Assembly (NCBI GenBank): GCA_963817915.1
Contig: CAWFQL010000003.1
Coordinates: forward strand, 1-64,000
Direction of reading: 5' to 3'
DNA length: 64,000 nucleotides
Source: an uncultured candidate division Zixibacteria bacterium
GTDB lineage: Bacteria > Zixibacteria > MSB-5A5 > UBA10806
Below, one piece after another: positions 21,511 to 31,252 of the stretch. The notes under the pieces were generated by a model. It saw only the letters and a list, made by a program, of their open reading frames with translations. It was not told the origin of the DNA and ran no database searches. Each line of letters starts with the position of its first letter. The stretch's first letter is position 1. Position numbers and translations under genes: made by a program.

Positions 21511-21626
21511 ACACTGAATATCATGGACAATATCCTCTTGACAAACAAAACCGATATTTCTATGCTAATCATAGTAACATCGATTTAATACTATTTGCGA
21601 AAACAATGTAAATAGGAGATAAACAG

Positions 21627-22307
21627 ATGATAAGGCAATTAGCCAAAACAATCTCGATAATTGTAGCGTTATCGCCGTGGTATTGCGGCGGATTGACGGC
21701 ACAAACAAACATCAGAACCGCCGAAAACCTACAAACATCATATTGGGGAATCAAAGCAGGGATGGTAAGCGCCAAAACCCAATATGCCGCCTCCACTCGG
21801 GGTGTTGAGAATAAATATCTAAAATATCGAATTCTATATTCGTTCGGAGGATATTACGCTCATAGGATTGTCGGTTCATTGTATTTGCAGGCGGAATTGC
21901 TTTATGCGGTAAAGGGTGTCAAGTTTCAAGCCCTACGGCGAAACTTCTACGGAGAATTAATTGAACTTAAGGAAAACCAAACTTTGAATTATCTGGAATT
22001 CCCGATTATATTTAATTATGTATTTAAAGACAGTTTTATCAAACCATCGGTTTATGCCGGAGTATTTGGGGCCCATCTCCTGAAAGTTGAATCCGATTTA
22101 GGATATGATATAAGCAACGAATTCAAGCCTTCCGATTACGGTGCGATTTTTGGATTAGCGGCGTTGATGCCGATGCATGGTCGCTATATGGTCCTCGAGG
22201 GTCGTTTTGAGTCTAGCTTCGATAATGTTGTCAAAGTCGGTTACTGCGCAGCCAGCGATGGATATAAGAACAACTCATTTTCTCTGATGGCAGGAATTGC
22301 ATTTTAG
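21627..22307 (+). CDS. Outer-membrane beta-barrel (porin/PorT-like family) protein
   Basis: WGIKAG, LQAELLY, LNYLEFPI, PSVYAG, DYGAIFG; C-terminal Phe. Confidence 0.8.
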   Translation: MIRQLAKTISIIVALSPWYCGGLTAQTNIRTAENLQTSYWGIKAGMVSAKTQYAASTRGVENKYLKYRILYSFGGYYAHRIVGSLYLQAELLYAVKGVKFQALRRNFYGELIELKENQTLNYLEFPIIFNYVFKDSFIKPSVYAGVFGAHLLKVESDLGYDISNEFKPSDYGAIFGLAALMPMHGRYMVLEGRFESSFDNVVKVGYCAASDGYKNNSFSLMAGIAF

Positions 22308-22328
22308 ATGCGAAGTAATCTAATTAGA

Positions 22329-22470
22329 GAGTGTCCTCAGGTCGCCCAACCTGATGACTTAGGTGCATTCAGGAATCCTGTCCTGAAGGTTATTAAGCCG
22401 TCGGGTCAGGCGACCCGACAGCACTCCAAGATAGACCTAAGAGTGTCGTCAGGTCGCCCGACCTGACGAC
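22329..22470. repeat. Cluster of REP family C and D hairpins
   Basis: Degenerate C at 22329, D at about 22368, inward-facing C pair at 22399-22470. Confidence 0.8.
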
Positions 22471-22533
22471 TTATATTGAAGACAGGGCAAGGGGACCGGT
22501 GACACAAGATAATGATTAGGCCTAAATGAAAAG

Positions 22534-23217
22534 ATGATAAGGCAATCTGGCAGGTTAATATTGATGCTTGCAGTGATTTTGATATGGTATCATGGCGGAG
22601 CGTCGGCGCAATCAACAAATATGCATACCAACAATCATCAATCATCATTTTTCGGAATCAATTATGGTGGCATTGACAGCAAGACTCTATATTCGGATTC
22701 CTGGCAAGGGATGATTGAGGAAGACATACAATATCGAAGCCAGTATGTGTTCGGCGGGCTTTATGCCCGAAAAGTCGCACGTTCCCTTTACCTGGACTTG
22801 GAGTTGCTTCATCGCCAAAACAACGTACAATCTCAATGGCCGCCCTATTGGGATAGTTTTGAAAGATTAGTTGAAATTCGAGATAAGCTGCCTCTGAAAT
22901 ATATCGAATACCCGATCTTGTACAATTATGTTTTGAATAGCCGCTTCGTCAATCCCGCTTTGATAGGTGGTGTTTATATTACATATCTTCTGGAAAATTC
23001 GGCGGATTTAGGAAATGACTTAAGCCACAGATATAGAAATCTCCAATATGGCATTATCATAGGGCTGGCAGGATATGTCCAATTTTATGAAAGCTATCTA
23101 ATTTTGGAGACTCGGTTTTCGTACGGCCTGAAAGGAAATGATAATACAGAGTACTGGGATGAAGGTACGAAGAATAAAAGCAAAGATTTTTCTTTTATGG
23201 CCGGAATTGCATTTTAG
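22534..23217 (+). CDS. Outer-membrane beta-barrel protein, paralog of 21627-22307
   Basis: Same MIRQ start, YIEYPI motif and MAGIAF end. Confidence 0.75.
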   Translation: MIRQSGRLILMLAVILIWYHGGASAQSTNMHTNNHQSSFFGINYGGIDSKTLYSDSWQGMIEEDIQYRSQYVFGGLYARKVARSLYLDLELLHRQNNVQSQWPPYWDSFERLVEIRDKLPLKYIEYPILYNYVLNSRFVNPALIGGVYITYLLENSADLGNDLSHRYRNLQYGIIIGLAGYVQFYESYLILETRFSYGLKGNDNTEYWDEGTKNKSKDFSFMAGIAF

Positions 23218-23233
23218 AGACGTAAGGTTTTAT

Positions 23234-23830
23234 GCGTGTCACAGTTTACTGCGACCGCCAGCACTTTGTTCGCGGTCAAAGCAAGCTTTGACACGCAACA
23301 AATCTGAAGGAAGTCTCCCACAGATTGCTTCGAAGTTCGCTGGGCGAACTTCTCGCAATGACAACCGAATTTGAGCCTTCTTACGCGCTGACAGTAAATC
23401 CCTTGCTGATAGCTTCTAAAATTCCAATCTCCCCTTGCCTTCGTCATTCTTGAATCGCATATTATTGCTTTATGGATGAGGTGTGGTGCCAGGTTTAGAT
23501 TGCGCTGTCAGGAACCCTTTCCCGAAAGCTTCTCCGAATCCAATCTTCCATTGCTTTGACCTGCTCATAATTGCATATCATATAGCTGTCGGGTCAGGCG
23601 ACCCGACAGCACTCTCTTATCATAGAGCGTAGAAAATATTTATTAGGAGTGTCGTCAGGTCGCCCGACCTGACGACTTAAGCGCCGTAGGGAATCCTTTC
23701 CTGGCGGTACCCCAATACCATTCTCCACTTGCCATCATCCTTTATGAATCGCATATTATTGCCCTATGGATGAGGTGTGGTGCCAGGTTTAATTTATGTA
23801 GATTGCGCTGTCAGGAACCCCTTCCTGATA
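23234..23830. repeat. Mosaic of REP families C-F interleaved with three copies of the hutH promoter
   Basis: F at 23234-23297, E half at 23321-23363; promoter copies at 23424-23496, about 23540-23585 and 23718-23790; C pair at 23587-23677. Confidence 0.8.
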
Positions 23831-23851
23831 GCATACCAGTAAGGAGAATTT

Positions 23852-25384
23852 ATGACAGTATTCATCGATGGCGAAACATTAAATATAGAAAAAATCGAAC
23901 AGATAGCCCGTAAAAACGCCGAAGTATCGTATTCCGATATCGCCAAAAAGCGCATCGACCGCTGCTGGGGCGTGCTGGAGAAGATGGTCAATTCCGGCGA
24001 GGCGATCTACGGAGTCACGACCGGTATCGGCGAATTTGCCAAGATCAGAGTCGGCCCCGAGCAGGGATCATTGCTGCAGAAAAATATTATCTACAGCCAT
24101 GCGGCTGGCACCGGTGATCCGCAGCCGGAATCGGTTGTCCGCGGCGCAATGGCGCTCAGAGCCAACGTACTGGCGCGCGGCAATTCCGGGGTTCGCTTGG
24201 CGACCGCGGATATATTTATCAAGATGCTCAATAAGGGTGTCGTGCCTCTGGTATTCGAGAAGGGCTCGGTCGGCACATCGGGCGATCTGTCGCCATTAGC
24301 GCAACTGGCCGAGGTCTGTCTGGGCGAGGGCAAGGCGTATTACAAGGGCGAATTGCTCGATGGCGGCGAGGCCTTGAAGCGCGCCGGTATCGAACCGATA
24401 GTGCCAACATACAAAGAAGGCCTGGGGCTTATCAATGGCTCCCAGATGGTAACATCGGGCTCGGCTCTGCTTTTGGCCGACGCGCGCCGTCTGCTGAAAA
24501 ACGCCTTTATCGCTTCGGCAATGACTATCGATGCTTTGAAAGGTGTCGAGAAAGCGTACGATGCCCGTCTCCATGCGGCCAGACCGTTCAAGGGGCAGAA
24601 CGCGGTAGCGTATAATCTCCGCAGATTGATGGCCGATTCGGAAATTCTGGCCGAAAAATCGGGCAAGGTGCAGGACGGCTATTCCATGCGCTGTACGCCG
24701 CAGGTCTTGGGGCCGTCGGTGGATTGCTGGCATTACGTGCGCGAGCAGATCGAGATCGAAATGAATTCATCCGCCGACAACCCGCTTTTCTTCCCCGATG
24801 ATAATGTTCATCTGGCGGGCGGCAATTTCCACGGTCAGCCGATGGGGATGGCGGTCGATTTTCTCTGCATCGCCATGTCCGAGGTCGCCAATCTCTCCGA
24901 ACGGCATAGTAACAGATTATTGAACCCCACGCTTTCCGGCCTGCCTGATTTTCTGGTCGAGGGAAGGGGCGTTAATTCCGGTCTGATGGTCGCGCAATAT
25001 ACGGCGGCGGCGCTGGTCTCGGAAAATAAAGTGTTATCTCATCCGGCTACGGTCGATTCGATATCGGTTTCGGCCGACCAGGAAGATCATGTCTCGATGG
25101 CGCCGATCGCAGTCCGCAAATGCACCGAGATTCTGAAAAATGTCGGCGCGGTACTGGCGATCGAGATGTATTGCGCGGCGCAGGCATTCGATTTCAGGAA
25201 ACCGTTGAAGCCCGGCCGAGGCACGAAGATCGCTTACGATATCATCCGCGAGCATGTGAAGTTTTTAGATCACGATAGAGTATTATATCCCGATATCAAT
25301 AAAATCGCCGAATTGGTGCGCAACGGCACTATCCTGAACGCAGTCGAATCCAAGCTCGGCGAACTGCAGCTGAGACTGGAATAA
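23852..25384 (+). CDS. hutH: Histidine ammonia-lyase (MIO-dependent aromatic amino acid lyase family)
   Basis: IYGVTTG, SH specificity pair (IIYSHAAG), GSVGTSGDL, KEGLGLING, QDGYSMRC, GGNFHG, QEDHVSM. Confidence 0.85.
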   Translation: MTVFIDGETLNIEKIEQIARKNAEVSYSDIAKKRIDRCWGVLEKMVNSGEAIYGVTTGIGEFAKIRVGPEQGSLLQKNIIYSHAAGTGDPQPESVVRGAMALRANVLARGNSGVRLATADIFIKMLNKGVVPLVFEKGSVGTSGDLSPLAQLAEVCLGEGKAYYKGELLDGGEALKRAGIEPIVPTYKEGLGLINGSQMVTSGSALLLADARRLLKNAFIASAMTIDALKGVEKAYDARLHAARPFKGQNAVAYNLRRLMADSEILAEKSGKVQDGYSMRCTPQVLGPSVDCWHYVREQIEIEMNSSADNPLFFPDDNVHLAGGNFHGQPMGMAVDFLCIAMSEVANLSERHSNRLLNPTLSGLPDFLVEGRGVNSGLMVAQYTAAALVSENKVLSHPATVDSISVSADQEDHVSMAPIAVRKCTEILKNVGAVLAIEMYCAAQAFDFRKPLKPGRGTKIAYDIIREHVKFLDHDRVLYPDINKIAELVRNGTILNAVESKLGELQLRLE

Positions 25385-25447
25385 GAAGGTGATAGGACCG
25401 TCAGGAAGGGATTGCTGACGGCGCGCTGAAAGGTATTTCATCTGATT

Positions 25448-26047
25448 TTGATTGGAAATAAGAGGAAGTCAGGTCAGGCAATCCGATTGCATTCAAAAAT
25501 CTATTATAAAGTGACCATAGCGTTAGCCATAATGCTTGGCATTGGTTGTTATTGGAAAGAATTTTTTAGATTGGAAACACCTCTGAACTCAGAGGCTTAT
25601 TTCAGAAAAGAAGGCAAATATGTGAAAAAACTGGTAATTGACAATAATGAATTTTATTTGAGTATGCAGGGATATTTTTGGCGCAGACCTACTACCGATG
25701 ACCTAATAATTGATATCAAATTTATTTCTAAAATCGACCACAAAAATATTTTTGATTTAAATAACTTTTCATTCCAGGCTGACTGCCTGGATTCGACGAA
25801 TTATGAAATATTAGATGCAAGAAAAGGCAAAAGCCGCTTAACTCTGTTTTATTCGCCAGCATCAGAAAGTCTGCCGCTGAAAGATAGCTTGATAGCAGCT
25901 TATAAGCAAATATTGCAGATTGTTAACTGCCAGAAGACTACAATAAAAATTAACAATATATTTGAGCATGAACGTATAATTGAAGTATCACACGATCCAA
26001 AGCCATTGAAGAGGATGCAAGAAGAGATAATCAAAAGTGAGGGCTAA
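25448..26047 (+). CDS. Hypothetical protein, possible lipoprotein (AT-rich)
   Basis: 199-aa ORF with a hydrophobic stretch ending GIGC. Confidence 0.55.
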   Translation: MIGNKRKSGQAIRLHSKIYYKVTIALAIMLGIGCYWKEFFRLETPLNSEAYFRKEGKYVKKLVIDNNEFYLSMQGYFWRRPTTDDLIIDIKFISKIDHKNIFDLNNFSFQADCLDSTNYEILDARKGKSRLTLFYSPASESLPLKDSLIAAYKQILQIVNCQKTTIKINNIFEHERIIEVSHDPKPLKRMQEEIIKSEG

Positions 26048-26087
26048 ATTTAGGTAATCGGGTTAGGCTATCAGACCGCACAAGTGA

Positions 26088-26255
26088 TCAAGCCTTCGAA
26101 TTCCCCGAGGCTCCAAAGAATCCAAAGAAACCGTACAAACCAAAGAGCCCGTATAACACATATAGGGACTCATTTCCGGTGATGGTGCCAAGCATGCCAA
26201 GAAATCCTAATAGGCCCAGAAACCCGAGGTAACCATAATTTCTTTTCCGCTTCAT
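26088..26255 (-). CDS. Small Gly/Phe-rich membrane protein (55 aa)
   Basis: Hand-translated MKRKRNYGYLGFLGLLGFLGMLG...YGFFGFFGASGNSKA; GGAGG RBS; below the ORF-track cutoff. Confidence 0.7.
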   Translation of the reverse strand: MKRKRNYGYLGFLGLLGFLGMLGTITGNESLYVLYGLFGLYGFFGFFGASGNSKA

Positions 26256-26517
26256 AGCAGACCTCCAATATATTTAGTCAGTGTCGTACGAATTTGATTC
26301 CATACATTTCGAATTACGGACAAATGGTATAAAAGTTCCACATTTGTAGTTGGGTCGCGCCTGGTGCGCTGAGGGGATTCATTCTTGCACTGTCAGGAAC
26401 CCTTTCCTGACAGTCCTTGTCTTTCCAAATAAAATCTTCATTTTTGCCCTTGTCTCTTCATCCCCGCACCAGCTATATTTAATTCGAAAATGATGGTCTT
26501 CTAACCCGGATGGAGAT

Positions 26518-27078
26518 ATGCCAGACATTCGCACATTCATAGCGGTCGATGTTCCCAAAGAGATCAAGATGGAGCTCGATAAGCTGATCGCCAGCCTCAA
26601 GTCGTACGGCCCCGAGGTGCGCTGGGTCCGCGCCGCCAACCTGCATGTAACATTGCGGTTCCTGGGCGATATCCCGCAGGAATCGGTTCCGATGCTGGCC
26701 AAGGAGATCGAGAAGAATATCGCGGGCTTCGGGCAATTCGATATATCGCTTTCGGGGCTCGGCGGATTCCCGAATCTCAAACGGCCGCGCGTGATCTGGG
26801 TCGGCACAGGAGTCGGCGAAGATAAGATTGTCAAGCTGGCAGAGCTGGTCGAAAAATCATGTATCGATGCCGGATTCGGCAAAAGCGATAAGCAGTTTTC
26901 GTCTCATTTGACTATCGGTCGGATCAAATTTCCTCATGGACTCGAATCTGTTGTTTCCAAAATCGAGACCATGAAATTCGAAACTGCGCCCTTTAAAATC
27001 ACCGAAGTCGTGATTTTCAAATCTGACCTGCTGCCATCCGGGCCCAAATATACCAGGCTTGAGTCCATAGCTCTTTAG
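26518..27078 (+). CDS. thpR: RNA 2',3'-cyclic phosphodiesterase (2H phosphoesterase)
   Basis: RTFIAV, two HxT motifs (LHVTL, SHLTI), PRVIW; upstream of recA. Confidence 0.92.
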   Translation: MPDIRTFIAVDVPKEIKMELDKLIASLKSYGPEVRWVRAANLHVTLRFLGDIPQESVPMLAKEIEKNIAGFGQFDISLSGLGGFPNLKRPRVIWVGTGVGEDKIVKLAELVEKSCIDAGFGKSDKQFSSHLTIGRIKFPHGLESVVSKIETMKFETAPFKITEVVIFKSDLLPSGPKYTRLESIAL

Positions 27079-27097
27079 GGGATGGTTAACCTGATAT

Positions 27098-27192
27098 CAA
27101 AAATAAGCGGTCGGGTCAGGCGACCCGACCGCACTCCAATGCAGTATCGCTTTAGGCATTCAGAGTGTCGTCAGGTCGCCCGACCTGACGAC
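27098..27192. repeat. Inward-facing REP family C pair upstream of the RAYT gene
   Basis: 27107-27136 and 27163-27192; 27098-27136 is identical to 27681-27719. Confidence 0.85.
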
Positions 27193-27205
27193 TTAATTAA
27201 TATTT

Positions 27206-27689
27206 ATGCCATCAAGACACAGAAAATTAATTGCGGGAAATGCCATATTTTTTATAACCTCAAGCACATTTAGTAGAAAGCCTTTTCCTGATTATCCCAA
27301 AAGCCTGAAAATAATAGAGGAATTAATGTTTCGTACGGCCAGAGACAAATCTATTTTTATAATGGGATACGTCTTGATGCCAAGCCATTTTCATTTAATA
27401 GGTGGTACAACGGCAGGCGGTGATGGAATTTCAAAATACGTGCACTCTCTTAAAGGGAAGGGTCAGGGAAACAGTCGCGGGCAAGGGACCTCTTTGGCAA
27501 AGCAGATTTGATGATCTGATCTTGACAACGGAAAAACAATTTCTAATCAAGCTCAACTATATTCATTATAATCCGGTCAGGGCCGGGTTAGTTACAAAGC
27601 CTGAAGATTGGGCATATTCGAGTTATTTAGACTGGGAGAACAGATCAACGGCAAGGGATATTTCATTTGATTTTGATTGGCAAAAATAA
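27206..27689 (+). mobile_element. REP-associated tyrosine transposase (RAYT, Y1 HUH); +1 frameshift near 27452
   Basis: FFITSST, YVLMPSHFHL (HUH), LWQSRFDD, YIHYNPVRAGL..DWAYSSY; flanked by REPs. Confidence 0.88.
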
Positions 27690-27720
27690 GCGGTCGGGTC
27701 AGGCGACCCGACCGCACTCT

Positions 27721-27823
27721 AAGATTACGGAAGTCGTGATTTTCAAATCCGACCTACTGCCGTCCGGGCCAAAATATACGAAGCTGGAGTCTGTCGCTCT
27801 TTAGGGGACGGTTAACCTGATAT
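27721..27823 (+). pseudogene. thpR: Second copy of the thpR 3' end (27 codons, stop and 19 bp downstream)
   Basis: Aligns to 26995-27097 with 10 synonymous and 2 conservative codon changes. Confidence 0.9.
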
Positions 27824-27895
27824 GTCATATATGCTTTACTGTCAGAACCTGTCAGTGATATTTTTCGAAAATCGGCGAAAACAATGAAAAAAGAC

Positions 27896-27924
27896 TTGCA
27901 CAAATGAACAGTAGGGGATATAAT
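27896..27924 (+). promoter_or_regulatory. sigma70-type promoter of recA
   Basis: TTGCAC-N17-TATAAT. Confidence 0.7.
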
Positions 27925-27967
27925 CTTTTTGGAAGACGAAAATAATAAAATTAACCGAGAGGCATAA

Positions 27968-29033
27968 ATGGCAGAGAATATTCAACAACAAAAAAAGAAG
28001 GCATTGGAGACTGCGGTGGTTTCCATCGAACGGCAGTTCGGCAAGGGCGCCATCATGCGCCTTGGCGATGAAGCCGCCAACGGCAAGATGCCATCGATAC
28101 CGACCGGCTCGCTCGGACTCGATTACGCATTGGGAATCGGCGGCGTGCCGCGCGGACGAGTGGTGGAGATATTCGGCCCGGAATCATCGGGCAAGACGAC
28201 GTTAGCGTTGCATATTTTGGCCGAGGCTCAGAAGCTCGGCGGCGTGGTAGCCTTTATCGATGCTGAACACGCGCTCGATCCAGCGTACGCCCGCGCGCTG
28301 GGAGTCGATATCGATAATCTGCTCATCAGCCAGCCCGACACTGGCGAACAGGCATTGGATATTACCGAAACATTGGTGCGCAGCGGCGCGATCGACATGG
28401 TGATTATCGATTCCGTGGCGGCGTTGGTGCCCAAGGCCGAAATCGAAGGCGAAATGGGCGATTCGCACATGGGCCTGCAGGCCCGTCTGATGTCGCAGGC
28501 GTTGCGCAAACTGACCGGCACGATCTCAAAATCGAAATCGTGCGTGATATTCATCAACCAGATCAGAATGAAAATCGGCGTCATGTTCGGCAATCCGGAG
28601 ACCACATCCGGCGGCAACGCGCTGAAATTTTACTCATCGATCAGGCTCGATATCCGCAAGATCGCTTCGTTGAAGGATGGCGCTAATGTCACCGGCTCGC
28701 GCACGACGAGTGAGAGTGGTCAAAAACAAAGTCGCCCCGCCATTCAAGGAAGCTGAATTCGATATTGTCTACGGCACGGGCATTTCGCGAACCGGCGAGC
28801 TCGTTGATATCGGCTCGAATCTCGGCATACTCGATAAATCCGGCACCTGGTACTCGTACGGCGAAGAACGTCTGGGCCAGGGACGGGAAAATTCGATGGT
28901 CTATCTGAATGAGAACCCTGCAATTGCCAAAGAAGTCGAAATGAAAATCCGCGACAAGATGGGATTCAATCCCGCGCCGAAGGTCGAAGAGCCCGCTGAA
29001 CCTGAAAAACCCAAAGAGAAGACGAAGAAGTAG
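27968..29033 (+). CDS. recA: Recombinase A; +1 frameshift near 28706, likely a sequencing error
   Basis: [28 protein letters not shown]; removing one base restores [16 protein letters not shown]. Confidence 0.95.
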
Positions 29034-29048
29034 AAGCACAAAATCGAT

Positions 29049-29075
29049 GTAGGGGCGAGGTCACCTCGCCCCTAC
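29049..29075. repeat. GTAG-tailed palindrome (REP-like)
   Basis: GTAGGGGCGAGG-TCA-CCTCGCCCCTAC; similar element at 58410-58437. Confidence 0.7.
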
Positions 29076-29091
29076 GTTATGCCATCAACCT

Positions 29092-29757
29092 ATGCCAGGT
29101 TTTATCATATCACGTCTCGAACCGCAGAAACGCCGCAAGGGGTGGTTTGAAATTGAAATCAAAGATAAGCCGTCTTTTCTGATCGATGAGGAGACTATTG
29201 TTAAAAATTCTCTTAAAGAAGGCGTCATAATTTCTGATGATGTCTTTCTGAAAATCAAATATGAATCCGATTTCGCCTGGTTGAAATTCAAAGCGATGGG
29301 TGTTATTTCGCGCCGAATGATATCCGAGCGCGATCTTCGCAGAAAACTTTCCGCTGAAAAAAAACCATCCGAGACGCGCGACGAGACAATCTCTTTGCTC
29401 AAACATTATGGTTATATCGATGATGCTATTTTCGCCGCGGCATATATCCGTTCGCAGATGAGCCAGGGACCCAAATCGCAGCTTTATTTAAAGAAGAAAC
29501 TTTGGGAAAAAGGCATATCAGCCGAGCTAACGGATGCGGCGATCGAGGCAGAACTTGGCGCGGTTGATATGAATTCAATGGTGAAAGAACTGGCCCAGAA
29601 AAAAATGAAATCACTCGGCAATTATTCACCGGAAAAGGCAAGGGCCCGATTGATTAATTTTCTACGCGGCAAGGGGTTTTCGTGGGATGTCATCAAGAAC
29701 GCCCTGGCAGACCTGATAGTAAAAGATATGATGAAAGATGATTCGGAAATTGACTGA
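29092..29757 (+). CDS. recX: Regulatory protein RecX
   Basis: Follows recA; SERDLRRKL, YGYIDDAIFA, KLWEKGI, FLRGKGFS. Confidence 0.88.
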   Translation: MPGFIISRLEPQKRRKGWFEIEIKDKPSFLIDEETIVKNSLKEGVIISDDVFLKIKYESDFAWLKFKAMGVISRRMISERDLRRKLSAEKKPSETRDETISLLKHYGYIDDAIFAAAYIRSQMSQGPKSQLYLKKKLWEKGISAELTDAAIEAELGAVDMNSMVKELAQKKMKSLGNYSPEKARARLINFLRGKGFSWDVIKNALADLIVKDMMKDDSEID

Positions 29758-30575
29758 TGCCATTCTATGACGCCGGCGATGCCGCCATTTGCTACGAAGA
29801 AATTGGACAGGGCCGCCCACTGATTCTGATGCATGGCTATGCGCTCAATAGCGTAATGTGGGATATGCAAATTCCGAAATTTGCAGAATCATTCAGAGTT
29901 ATCAATATCGATCTGCGCGGTTTCGGGAAATCGTCATGCGGGGCCAATTGGTCCGGCAGTGTCATGGCCGCCGATGTTTCTGGTCTGATAAGATCACTGA
30001 AGATCGAGAATGTCGCGCTAATCGGTTTCTCCATGAGCGGGCCCGTAGCGTTCAGAGTAGCGCTGGAGAACCCCAAAATCATTCGCCAATTAATTATGGT
30101 ATCTACAATATTGCCATCAGCAGGCCGTCCCAAGTCTGCTAATGAAATTATGTCTCAACGAAAAGAATTAGAAATACTGCGTTCCAAAGGCATACAGGGA
30201 TGGGCCGAGACCAGCGGCTTATGGAGCGGACCATTGGTGAACGATATGTTCAACCGAAACCCCGACATTAAACCGCTTTGGGAAAAATTGATTGCACGGC
30301 ATAATTTCGACTATCTAATCAATATGATGACAGCGCGGCTTTCGAGCGCTCCATCCGCGAATTGGCGCTCAAGGTTGGGGGAAATAGTACAGGAAACGCT
30401 TGTTATTATGGGAGAAGCCGATAGACGTTTCATCGACGGTGGCAGGAGTCTGGCCGAAAAAATAGCAAATTCGGAATTCAAAATTATCGAAGATGCCGGG
30501 CATATGGTGAATTTGGAAGCCCCCGAGACATTCAATTCAATTATATTAAATTACATAAAATCGATTTTAATGTAA
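29757..30575 (+). CDS. Alpha/beta fold hydrolase
   Basis: LILMHG, IDLRGFGKS, GFSMSG, DAGHMVNLE. Confidence 0.88.
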   Translation: MPFYDAGDAAICYEEIGQGRPLILMHGYALNSVMWDMQIPKFAESFRVINIDLRGFGKSSCGANWSGSVMAADVSGLIRSLKIENVALIGFSMSGPVAFRVALENPKIIRQLIMVSTILPSAGRPKSANEIMSQRKELEILRSKGIQGWAETSGLWSGPLVNDMFNRNPDIKPLWEKLIARHNFDYLINMMTARLSSAPSANWRSRLGEIVQETLVIMGEADRRFIDGGRSLAEKIANSEFKIIEDAGHMVNLEAPETFNSIILNYIKSILM

Positions 30576-30771
30576 AGTAAATTAATGACATACTAAAAAG
30601 TAATCTTAAATATTTTTTATAAAACGATATATTCTATTTGACTTTCCTGGAATATTTCCTATTATTTGTTAACGGGAAGTACGTTGCTATTATTTAGGGT
30701 TTATCGTGCAATTGCAGGCGGGAAATATTTATGGGTATTTTACGACCATCTAAACATAAAGGGGTACGTGC

Positions 30772-31245
30772 ATGAATAGTTACAGGGATTTGTTCGACAT
30801 GGCAGAGGATGCAGTCAAGAAAATCAAAGATCGCGACCTGAAAAAGGAAGCATTCAGACTTTTGATACAGCGACTGCTATCTGGTGAGAGAGTGGTTCTT
30901 GGCGGTTATGGGACGCCAGATAATAGAGCATTCCTGCCGAAAAGAGGGCCCGGAAGACCGCCATTGCCCAAGCCGAATATGGGCATTGCTTATCCAAGGC
31001 CCAAGCGCCCCGGTCGTGCCGGCGGCGGATTGGCCACAACCTCATTAAACAAGCTCATCGCCGGGAAGTATTTCAAGATTCCGCGCGATGCCGCTTCCGT
31101 AATGAGAGACATGGCCAAAAAGAACGTCTATCTGGAGCCTTCACAAATCAGAATGGAGATGCTCCGCTTTGCCCGTTCAGGAAAGCTGAAACGGAAAATC
31201 AGGATGAAAGGGCAAAAAGTAACCTACGTTTACTCTCAGAAATAG
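30772..31245 (+). CDS. Basic hypothetical protein with AT-hook-like motif; possible DNA binder
   Basis: K/R-rich; PKRGPGRPP; own terminator. Confidence 0.65.
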   Translation: MNSYRDLFDMAEDAVKKIKDRDLKKEAFRLLIQRLLSGERVVLGGYGTPDNRAFLPKRGPGRPPLPKPNMGIAYPRPKRPGRAGGGLATTSLNKLIAGKYFKIPRDAASVMRDMAKKNVYLEPSQIRMEMLRFARSGKLKRKIRMKGQKVTYVYSQK

Positions 31246-31252
31246 CTAGACT

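Noticed and set aside
21451..23830. CRISPR array
   Set aside because: The repeats are palindromes in both orientations with irregular spacing and whole genes between them; no cas genes are present
10891..27823. Integron cassette array
   Set aside because: The hairpins lack attC RYYYAAC/GTTRRRY ends and there is no tyrosine integrase in the window
27830..27967. LexA box upstream of recA
   Set aside because: No convincing match to the CTGT-N8-ACAG or GAAC-N4-GTTC motifs
28690..28720. Programmed frameshift in recA
   Set aside because: No slippery heptamer; the same +1 pattern occurs in many unrelated genes, so error is more likely
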